A program made the translations under genes and the position numbers. Of a stretch of DNA of 32,000 bases, positions 12,001-15,519 are shown piece after piece. Source of the stretch: Methylophaga frappieri (lineage in GTDB: Bacteria > Pseudomonadota > Gammaproteobacteria > Nitrosococcales > Methylophagaceae); assembly GCF_000260965.1 (NCBI RefSeq), contig NC_017856.1, positions 2,310,001 to 2,342,000 of the forward strand, written 5' to 3'. Positions within the stretch are counted from its first letter, which is position 1. The number at the start of each line of letters is the position of its first letter. Below the pieces are notes generated by a model. It had not been told where the DNA came from, did no database searches, and saw nothing but the letters and a program-made list of their open reading frames with translations.

Positions 12001-12509
12001 ACACCGGTAATATGGGTGCAATCAGTGGTGAAGATTACCAGGGTGTGATTGATTATCTGACTGCGCAAAATAGTGGTACCGCGCCGACAGATGAACAAAT
12101 CATGCAGTTTGTCCGTGATAACTATCAAGATTTGTACAACGAGGCACCATCGGCTGAAGAAATCGCTGCGGCCGGTGAAAACATTCTTGAAGGTCGTGGT
12201 GGTGATGACATCCTGATTGGTGGAGCGGCGGAAGATACCTATGTATTCAGCATGGATGAAGACACGGGTGATGACACTATTGTTAACTTCCAGCCGGGTA
12301 CGGATGTGTTGAACTTCAAAGACGTTATCGCGGACGATGATGTTAATGATGTCATCACAGGCGCTGCCAATAATGGTGATGATGTGACGTTGACACTGAA
12401 AAATGGTGGCAGTATTACCTTGCAAGGACTGGGTGATGGCACAACCAATAATGTCGCTGACCTGGAAACGTTGCTGGGTGGTGCTAACATCACGATAGAC
12501 CACAGCTAA
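1..12509 (+). CDS. Giant LapA/RTX-type T1SS-secreted surface adhesin, 5'-partial (true start upstream of window)
   Basis: A single open frame of 4163 codons runs from the track start at 18. That 'start' is an internal TTG, and the frame stays open back to nt 3 (codons A-T-A-T-A). N-terminal sequence IRNLQVGDKIY..GAIEIAFLDGSQLDMGRSSQMLLDLD resembles the periplasmic retention module of LapA-like adhesins. The body is built from repeated acidic D/T/G/V-rich modules (..VEEDGMS..NSEGNK.., ..VDESGL.., ..GTLTLNADGSYSY.. VCBS-like). The C-terminus has vWA, RTX GGxGxD repeats and a T1SS target domain. No Cys codon was seen in the whole frame. Confidence 0.9.
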   Translation, partial: ATATALDGTIRNLQVGDKIYQHELITTGAAGAIEIAFLDGSQLDMGRSSQMLLDLDVFNPDAPVTETAETVIDDDVAAIQQALLDGEDPSLLAEATAAGAGTGVDGSEGSTVLVFRNYLNPEVTPTNGFETIGVFNEFDAPPEDINLLEDDVTPEPTPEPTPEPTPEPTPEPTPEPTPEPTPEPTPEPTPEPTPEPTPEPTPEPTPEPTPEPTPEPTPEPTPEPTPEPTPEPEFDPPAGQPVRLEVQEDEITDTATTTVTFTPGDGALDGFGMTLSPATTVNVDGLPGPELDWRIESGQIIGALDGTDVIVVSLSNPNFGAGTVDVNVQLLGPLPHPDPDNTDGLSDSVITITGIGVFTSDTNGLLGHAQVTVDVIDDVPSVAEQVEPVRAMVEEDGMSLATGDNSEGNKAASGDSNSDDEVSGVAGTLSALFDSGADAPLTISLSDDTSALPTLYSNGTAITYSVSPDGTTLTAMAGPVTVFTLTVNADGSYEFDLQAQLDHVDDGNNDENIALQTSAPGVEPVTSVNGIDFSSVLTATDADGDSVTGAGSQLFVIAVEDDVPVVTVQGVNFFSESFEGFSTQGSGFDVVGLGGGNVSGDAGHIWTVNEAGIEIQFGNTGGASPSDGNVHAELDADPNGNSLVQISTEVMLPTSDITLSFDYQPRPSSQDDSDMLVSLGGVEVTILSDSAGNVSFAGLPAGVEGSLTSVSGGWTNVVLKFTGMDTSSPQTLLFEGLGNADTLGAYLDNINLYGNSLLVVDESGLPGGNPESGDVVSASATLDLSGYFLGSVGADIEGTEEFSLTLAESEEPIGSGLFAVDSNDTQFAGDDGDGYGQGEEIELVQVDSTTIAGMLDGNTYFTISVDPATGVVTLTQEDNVWHPNVNDADEAVSLILDAGTIEINYSLTDADGDTATGSLDLSQGVFGFEDDAPVANLDPEAAVIATVEEDGMSLATSDNSEGNKATVDDSNDDDEVTGEAGALTALFSAGADAPVTISLSDDVSGLPSLYSNGNAVSYSVVGNVLTATADGVDVFTLTVNADGSYAFDLLDQLDHVDDDTNTENFALVTDDGSVNGIDFSSILVATDSDGDAVTGAGEGQFVINVQDDIPVVEATTDLAVNFFSESFEGFAPNLSGNGFTVVGVGGGTVSGDAGIVWNVNGAGLEIQSGNAGDASASDGDVHAELDTDNNETLLTQLSTDVELPSADVILSFDYQPRPNHEDDSDMSVSFGEYSFNVNSDAGGNVTVEGLPVGVTAELTEVAGGWTTITLTFTGMDTTSPQTLTFEGLGDANEFGAYLDNINMFALPVLAVDESGLENGNPETGAVSSATASFDFSGYFTSSVGADEDGTTAYSLSLSGENIVTGLYAVDTTDTSTADTDGYGQGAEIVLNEVGGAIVGSADGVDYFTISVDSNGVVTLELLQNIWHDDTTDSDEAMSMLLEAGTLLLSKSVTDADGDTVSADLDLSGIAYRIEDDAPIVNEQAEAVTASVEEDGMSFLTLDNSEGNKEAGDTNDDDEVSGLTGSLSALFSAGADAPVTISLSDDVSGLPSLYSNGNAVSYSVSGNVLTASAGGLTVFTLTVNADGSYVFDLQDQLDHVDDDTNTENVELVTDGGSVSGIDFSSILVATDSDGDTVTGAGEGQFAIEIQDDIPVMTNNGVITIKHDESGEAQNEDPQFTLSGANITASDLISLLGLDLPSLGLFDLDPNGDGVEIATELLGDGNLFGLSVQTNTSAVQYSGGADGINLVSLTDAEGNVFDGTDTGLQTSNGDQPIYLYTLDASIFSTLQGILSGFGINISNSEFGQVGAKVVVGLTNDGGLDQYGSIADMLQDAAFVLGLKPGDNGDGSDDALLLLQLKAIEHADTESNSEQAVLDLIHFSVTDNDGDTVTSDSGIQVVFEDDGPSIEVGKVDQAGKQLEVTLDETVGDDRAAAGEVVNGNTDDATGVLAQVNTQVVGGLTALFTISGAAGADTPVVDTGVLSLELSDEGLATNLSATDGGAISLFTNGGNIEGRDTDGDVVFSISIVDIAGVPQLQTTLFEAIAHGDTSTFDEALGLLTESGNLKLRYEVTRTDADGDTDTAAANIVLANQNRSRITFEDDGPSMTVEQPEQPLLLTVTNEGGSAGYNNTFGYYIMNGDGEPVSGQIIWANVQGNLSDEITINADPATVGYFIIPDGNDLNSGLANGAEVTFAKDGEGNWQVLLDGTPLSGELTNVRFDNPALNEDGATAVQDNAEPGNLNWEDKHSGSDNDFNDININVVVTPLGLLTVDETDIGSPDAAQVLDLSGSFAFDFGSDGEGSVAYDLEVGSASTGVFDTETGLEVALRSGVGGIIEGFVNDGSGDQIVFTVSVDGDGEVTLTQLRAVIHDDPTDADEATSPVVINSGALYLNATVTDGDGDMLSDGIDLGSLLAFEDDGPVAVDDVDTVVDGVATGNVVTAVDTTTDPAGVDDFGSDGAGRVTSVSFGDTVVLIPEDGSAEVEGEFGTLTLNADGSYSYEVDPSKLPENTETVEGWTNTGSNMTAFELDESFLTADGKFSDTGTGAITTGGNAPGFGVGGTSGQNTSVPDQINYSDSLSEALAFKFDGPVLSASVQFSNLFQNENGGEAMRWHAFDADGNRIGSGIVSNNDDANDPYASSTPFAMDDNNVGSFTIGNIGAFNTLVFESVPYSDDGNAAADNSDYFVNISEYESFALGDNSYQDQFGYSIVDADGDSAAATLTINGEAGVPQGELTPFSPVAADNTYQVDGVTTGNIITDDDNNGGAQTGRDYDNDTPVLNLSIHSVIFDDGDDNTDDVTLIEADGTVIELNNGTLVINLDGSYSYTPNQGANEGDVFDYTLIDPDGEISAPATVTLLAENDEPTGGEANAVVDDEGLVPDGIEGGLGDEVMLPDADSNEATFIGTLGFDYGDDTPGTIDFAAMHEQTATIGQETVEFAWDANSATLTAAGPRGNLFTVEITDQTTGAYQVTLLDNVMHDTLDGLQGDDTENNHQVALTYTVNDSNGDDVTGTLTIDFDDDMPAAQSDSESITVSVSDISVGNLTSAFSNIDGGNDTALVDGTGGALDEVSWGNPNGSNYQFDDNDALITNSPIVVNDDFALGAFTHNNFVIDVSDSIDSVDLDVQFTVEIDGFDVVVNHTITFNHDETPNDSDDPRDTISIDGSSATQTISVGGKTYELQILGFSSGGVPVTEVITEENASTSFDLIAKIVSTDDLPVVTGSVTGEFGADGPAEQGSLIWEGEVQGEIQGDFGTLEVESDGSYTYTLSREARDSQQVDTPRVETFTYITMDDDGDQVSNTLTINIDGEQAETVPDDEPTAGDSTATVDDEGLPGGIEGGPGDEVMSNADLDDNESTFAGTLNLTPSVDTPNSISFADMNDQLVNLGQETVLLSWSGANKTLTATSTTQGRGEIFKVTLDASNNGDYTVTLLQNVLHPDDGQNDENNVEIDLTYAIVDNDGDDATGTLTINFDDDVPTASSDYDSEDDAFVVDISEGNQATIDVDIDFGADGEAEENAVTFTQPTTGSVTYEDGEFTYTYDGESESGADSFTFSVTDADGDTITETVYLDVQVPVPDVLYVGTNSDNTKTTPAGNDVLIGDLGGRDQQYTPGMDYSIALIADESGSMEGSRNTLLKNALESFVNDLATHDGEINIALIGFAESASLKISVSDLSNNPSGLSSLLTAIDNLDADDGTNYEAAFDSAVSWFNGQPGDHEFITYFMTDGNPTFSNNGDNGEGDETEYRDLLDAVEAFAGLSAVSEVNAIGIGNGINSDYLRFFDNTSTTGNATENFGSTTNTVVLADFSGSNHPLDTTGDWTESGDSDGSIGRNDGVFRITDRRNDGSIVVTSQAFAVAVEDTILRFDYGTTSLESFDGDQISWSLQRQNGANWDTVSGSGLSQSSGSRVESSELDVGNYRLVYEVQAGWWENNETLYLDNIELREPVSLDVSGPVGEVKIINSAAELTAELESGSSTDELLLMGDDILTGSDGNDIIFGDTLYTGNMGAISGEDYQGVIDYLTAQNSGTAPTDEQIMQFVRDNYQDLYNEAPSAEEIAAAGENILEGRGGDDILIGGAAEDTYVFSMDEDTGDDTIVNFQPGTDVLNFKDVIADDDVNDVITGAANNGDDVTLTLKNGGSITLQGLGDGTTNNVADLETLLGGANITIDHS
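288..299 (+). other. Putative LapG-type periplasmic protease cleavage motif (T-A-A-G) after the retention module
   Basis: ACT GCC GCG GGT encodes TAAG in the context DPSLLAEA-TAAG-AGTGVDGSEGSTVLVFRNY. This matches the di-alanine (T/A/P)AA(G/V) site described for LapA-family adhesins, and it sits at the expected place just after the retention module. Confidence 0.55.
459..698 (+). repeat. In-frame tandem repeat, 20 x 12 nt, encoding (TPEP)20
   Basis: Counted directly: 20 contiguous 12-nt units, all translating to T-P-E-P. Two synonymous codon flavours alternate (ACGCCAGAACCA and ACTCCTGAGCCA/G), with five identical ACTCCTGAGCCA units in a row at units 6-10. Confidence 0.97.
1130..4965 (+). 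repeat. Three tandem ~1.65-kb coding super-repeats of the adhesin (third copy truncated)
   Basis: Copies start near 1130 (DDVPSVAEQVEPVRAMVEEDGMS), 2790 (EDDAPVANLDPEAAVIATVEEDGMS) and 4425 (EDDAPIVNEQAEAVTASVEEDGMS). Copies 2 and 3 are about 90 percent identical at DNA level over stretches such as 2957-3060 versus 4584-4690. Each full copy is a T1SS-143-like module, then a jelly-roll-like module (1713..2264 and 3360..3924: NFFSESFEGF...HAELD...LSFDYQPRP...GGWT...GAYLDNIN), then a second VDESGL-type module. Confidence 0.85.
6381..6795 (+). other. DUF4114-like module inside the adhesin
   Basis: GYNNTFGYYIMNGDGEP...VGYFIIPDGN...NLNWEDKHSGSDNDFNDININV matches the remembered DUF4114 signature (GyF...fEDl..gGD.DFNDlv). 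The assignment rests on motif recall only. Confidence 0.45.
10839..11345 (+). other. von Willebrand factor A (vWA) domain of the adhesin with intact MIDAS motif
   Basis: DYSIALIADESGSMEG...INIALIGFAESA...DDGTNYEAAF...FITYFMTDGNPT...VNAIGIGNG. The DxSxS motif D-E-S-G-S is encoded at 10863..10877, followed by the downstream T and D MIDAS positions. Confidence 0.8.
11373..11831 (+). other. C-terminal jelly-roll/CBM-like module of the adhesin
   Basis: NFGSTTNTVVLADFSG...GDWTESGDSDGSIGRNDGVFRITD...ILRFDYGT...GNYRLVYEVQAGWWENNETLYLDNIELREP has the same overall pattern as the modules in the super-repeats, including the ending ..YLDNI.. Confidence 0.45.
11943..12506 (+). other. RTX-type Ca-binding repeats plus type I secretion C-terminal target domain
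   Basis: GDDILTGSDGNDIIFGD is at 11943..11993 and GRGGDDILIGGAAEDTYVF at 12192..12248. The tail is ..DTIVNFQPGTDVLNFKDVI...VTLTLKNGGSITLQGLG...LETLLGGANITIDHS*, which resembles the VC_A0849-subclass T1SS target domain. Confidence 0.8.
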
Positions 12510-12530
12510 TCTGAGTCTGACCCTTCACAA

Positions 12531-12558
12531 GCCCGCGAGCAATCGCGGGCTTTTTTTT
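12531..12558 (+). terminator. Rho-independent terminator after the adhesin gene
   Basis: GCCCGCGA (12531-12538), GCAA loop, TCGCGGGC (12543-12550): a perfect 8-bp GC-rich stem followed by T8 (12551-12558), 22 nt after the TAA stop. Confidence 0.9.
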
Positions 12559-12594
12559 GCCTGTGGCAAAGACATGCTGTGATATAAGACTGAC

Positions 12595-13491
12595 ATGAAC
12601 GAAAAAATTTTTGTCTCGATTGCCAGTTATCGTGATCCGGAGTTGGCAGCCACGGTAACGGATTTGTTTGCCAAAGCCGCGTACCCAAAGCGGTTGCATG
12701 TGCAAATCTTGAATCAAATCGAACCTGAAGACACAGATTGTCGGATATCAGCGAATCCCCAAGTGCAGGTGGATCAAGTGGCTGCCAGCGACAGTTTGGG
12801 GGTGTGTTGGGCACGGCATCATATTCAACAAAAATTACCTGCCGATGCCGCCTATTATTTGCAAATTGACAGCCACATGCGGTTTGCAGCCGATTGGGAT
12901 GTGCAAATGATAGCCATGCTGCCGGCGTGTGCGTCGCAAAGGCCGATCTTGTCTTGCTATCCGGTTGCTTACACGCCCCCGGATCAGTTAGGCAAACCGA
13001 TGATTACCCGATTAAAACCGAAAAAATTTAACCATCACGGTATTGTGACGCTGGACTCGGAAACCACGCCTTATAGACAGCGTCCGGCTTTGCCAGCCTT
13101 ATCAGCGTTGGTGGCGGGTGGTTTTATTTTTGCACCAGCGCAAGCGTTTCGCGAGGTGATCTACGATCCGTATTTATACTTTATTGGTGAAGAGATAACC
13201 TTGTCTGCACGTCTGTGGACGCAGGGCTGGGATAGCTTCGCGCCAAATGAGGTGCTTATTTATCATAATTATCAGCCTGAGCAACGGCCACGACATTGGG
13301 ATGATAATCAGCGCTGGTCAGCCTTAAATCAGCGAAGTATTCAGCGGGTGCATTATTTACTTTCTGCTATGCCACCGACGGATCCTGCTGCACTGATCGA
13401 AATCGCGCATTACGGACTAGGTCAACGCCGAACATTAGAAAATTACCAACGGCTTATTAATGTGCGTTTTGCGGATGGCATTGCCGTTTAA
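12595..13491 (+). CDS. Cytoplasmic GT-A glycosyltransferase, PF11397 'GlcNAc' / CAZy GT60-like (Skp1-HyPro / polypeptide alpha-GlcNAc-transferase family)
   Basis: 298 aa with no signal peptide or TM segment. Motif blocks are MNEKIFVSIASYRDPEL, YLQIDSHMRFAADWD (DxH/DxD-like) and GGFIFAP..DPYLYFIGEEITLSARLWTQGWDSFAPNEVLIYHNY. As far as I recall these are the conserved blocks of the Gnt1-type GlcNAc-transferase family. No obvious Shine-Dalgarno sequence precedes the ATG. Confidence 0.6.
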   Translation: MNEKIFVSIASYRDPELAATVTDLFAKAAYPKRLHVQILNQIEPEDTDCRISANPQVQVDQVAASDSLGVCWARHHIQQKLPADAAYYLQIDSHMRFAADWDVQMIAMLPACASQRPILSCYPVAYTPPDQLGKPMITRLKPKKFNHHGIVTLDSETTPYRQRPALPALSALVAGGFIFAPAQAFREVIYDPYLYFIGEEITLSARLWTQGWDSFAPNEVLIYHNYQPEQRPRHWDDNQRWSALNQRSIQRVHYLLSAMPPTDPAALIEIAHYGLGQRRTLENYQRLINVRFADGIAV

Positions 13492-13553
13492 AACGTGATT
13501 CGTCAAATAAGTTATAAACCGGTAATCTTAAAAATCTGACAAGGAGGTGTTCG

Positions 13554-14747
13554 ATGGCAAGACTTCGCTTTCCACATGTTTATGGCACGAATAGTCATGA
13601 TGAGTTTATTACTGGTGACAATCAGATAACTTTTGGTTATGCCGGTAATGACAGCTTCACGTCATACTCTTATACAGATTATAACTTTATGGTTGGTGGC
13701 AAAGGGGATGACCACTATTAAGCGAGCTTTAACTCAGCCATCACCATTTTAGATACCGGCGGGCGTGATACTTTATATGCGTTTGGTATTGCGGTAACTG
13801 ATCCAGATGTTTATGTCGCCACTATTAATGGCGGTCAACATGTGTTGGTAAAAAATATTCGTAATGGCGATCAGGTCGCTATAGTAAATTGGCGCGATCC
13901 GGATTATCGAATTGAAACGATTGTTTTGGCTGATGGCACATTTAGCTACAACCAGATAGTTTCTATCATCTACGATAGCCCAAACTTTCTCGGTGATTAT
14001 ACGGTTGCCGAGACGGCCTATTATGGATTTTTACCACTTGGGACGAGTGGTAATGATTTAGCGGAATTTATTAATCACGCTTTATACTTTGAATCTTTGG
14101 GGCCGCCATTACCAGAAAGCCCGATTCCGGTTCTCGATACAGTTGACCAAGATGCTGCACTGCGCATTATGGAAACCTATATCGCTTATTTCAATCGCGC
14201 TCCTGAGCATAGCGGCTTGAATTATTGGTTGGAAACGTATCAGCAACAAACGGCAAGCGGCGTTTCTGCTGACGCGGCTATATCTGAAATCAGTAATGCG
14301 TTTTACGATACGTCGGTCGCTTATTTTTCAGATGTTAGTGGTTTTACCGCAGACATGCCAGACATTGACTTTGTTGCGACAATTTATGCCAATGTATTGG
14401 GGCGGCCAGATGCGAGACAAAATGATCCCGAGGGTATCAATTACTGGCTAACGCAGTTTGATCCTGACAACCGTGCTGCGCTGGTAACAGATATTATCGA
14501 TACAGCAAAGGCTGTCATCGCCAATGCGCCTAACGATCCGGTTTCTATTTATGTTGATAATTATTTGAACAATCGTTTAATCGTCTCAACATATTTTGCT
14601 GAGCAAGGTGTTTCTGAAAAATTAACCGGGGATCAGGCTATTCAGGCAGGAATTGAAGCGTTGGTAAATATTACGGATGACTTTAGCAGTGTCGAAGCAA
14701 CGATTGATTTTCTTCAACAGCAGTACGGTGACCCACTAATTATTTAA
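13554..14747 (+). pseudogene. RTX-repeat + tandem DUF4214 protein gene interrupted by a single in-frame TAA (13719..13721)
   Basis: A strong RBS AAGGAGG (13541-13547) lies 6 nt before ATG 13554. The frame reads MARLRFPHVYGTNSHDEFITGDNQITFGYAGNDSFTS...GGKGDDHY-TAA-ASFNSAITILDTGGRDTLYAF... and runs in the same frame into the tracked ORF 13842..14747, whose GTG 'start' has no RBS. The stop sits at the x position of a GGxGxDxYx repeat. Downstream are two DUF4214-type motifs (IAYFNRAPEHSGLNYWL and IYANVLGRPDARQNDPEGINYWL). Confidence 0.7.
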
Positions 14748-14790
14748 ACTGACAACTTGTTTCGAGTGGCAGTTTTAGGCTAGTTAGTTT

Positions 14791-15216
14791 TCACCAGCAG
14801 TCAGCGGCTTCGACTCCGGGATCAGCGTTTTCGATCTCTTTTACACCAATGTGATTCAGGGTTAAGTCGCCACAACGATCTGCCGTTTGCGCACCTTGCG
14901 GAACGGCGGAAAGAGTAAAACTGGTTGCAGTGCTGGCATCAATCGCCAAGGTGTATTGCTCCAGATCATTCTGAATGGCAGCAGGAATATCAGTGTCCGC
15001 ATCCGGATAGGTGTAGTTTTCGGTATAAAACCGTTCCATGTAGTTGGCCAGTTCAACCAATGCTGCCTGTGCAGTAGCACGGCGGGTTTCGCGGACATTT
15101 TCGATATAGGAGGGGTAGGCGATTCCGGCAAGAATACCGATAATCACGACGACGATCATCAATTCAATCAACGAAAAACCACCCGAATGTCGCTGTGTTT
15201 TGACCTTATTCCTCAT
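14791..15216 (-). CDS. pilE: Type IV pilin-like minor pilin PilE
   Basis: MRNKVKTQRHSGG/FSLIELMIVVVIIGILAGIAYPSY is a prepilin leader plus class III signal with Glu5. The C-terminus has a Cys...Cys loop (DRCGD...AADCW). Start set at ATG 15216, because the longer track ORF (to 15321) would give a 46-aa leader and overlap the upstream gene. Confidence 0.85.
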   Translation of the reverse strand: MRNKVKTQRHSGGFSLIELMIVVVIIGILAGIAYPSYIENVRETRRATAQAALVELANYMERFYTENYTYPDADTDIPAAIQNDLEQYTLAIDASTATSFTLSAVPQGAQTADRCGDLTLNHIGVKEIENADPGVEAADCW

Positions 15217-15508
15217 TGGGCAACATCCATAAATCAGTAATGACCAATTGTCCGTTATCATCCAGCCCGGTATTGATACCAACCCGCATGCCAGGTTGCA
15301 GTTGCGGCCCTTTTTCGCCAATCGGAAAGAGGGTATGGGTTTTCACGGCAGGGCTAAGTTGATATTCAATAAAATCAATATGAACACTTGGCGCTTCTTG
15401 TTCAGTATCAACCTGATTCACGGTACCTGCGATACGGTAATCTGCAGCCCATGCCGACCATGACAGGCCAAGCAGTAGCAATCCAATGCCTTGATGTAAT
15501 CGTTTCAT
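15206..15508 (-). CDS. Small secreted protein in the PilY2 position of the minor-pilin operon
   Basis: MKRLHQGIGLLLLGLSWSAWA/ADYRI.. is a Sec signal peptide. A GAGG RBS lies between the pilY1 stop (15520) and ATG 15508. The gene is 100 aa and its 3' end overlaps the pilE start by 11 nt. The PilY2 label is positional only. Confidence 0.55.
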   Translation of the reverse strand: MKRLHQGIGLLLLGLSWSAWAADYRIAGTVNQVDTEQEAPSVHIDFIEYQLSPAVKTHTLFPIGEKGPQLQPGMRVGINTGLDDNGQLVITDLWMLPNEE

Positions 15509-15519
15509 AAGCGCCTCGC

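Noticed and set aside
896-12503. About 40 antisense or off-frame ORFs of 60-190 aa inside the adhesin gene (for example 11931..12503(-), 5636..6091(-), 7738..8166(+))
   Set aside because: All are nested in one continuous 12.5-kb frame with a coherent domain architecture. Their products are low-complexity shadows with no RBS or recognisable motifs.
12490-12814. Minus-strand ORFs 12490..12717 and 12506..12814
   Set aside because: They run through the intrinsic terminator and antisense to the well-supported glycosyltransferase CDS, and they show no motifs or RBS.
13719-13721. The in-frame stop as programmed recoding (selenocysteine or pyrrolysine)
   Set aside because: The codon is TAA, whereas Sec uses TGA and Pyl uses TAG, and no downstream recoding-element-like structure was evident. 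A nonsense mutation or sequencing error is the simpler explanation.
13554-14747. Lower GC content of the DUF4214 gene as evidence of horizontal transfer
   Set aside because: Hand counts of a few 60-nt lines gave about 43-45 percent versus about 50 percent in the adhesin. That difference is too small and too poorly sampled to support a claim without a proper calculation.
14748-14790. A terminator in the convergent gap between the DUF4214 gene and pilE
   Set aside because: Only a 6-bp AAACTG/CAGTTT pairing with an ~18-nt loop is present. It is too weak to call.
15217-15321. The 35-codon N-terminal extension of pilE (track ORF 14791..15321)
   Set aside because: It would give a 46-residue prepilin leader and overlap the upstream gene by more than 100 nt. 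ATG 15216 gives a leader of normal length (12 aa: MRNKVKTQRHSG, cleaved after Gly).
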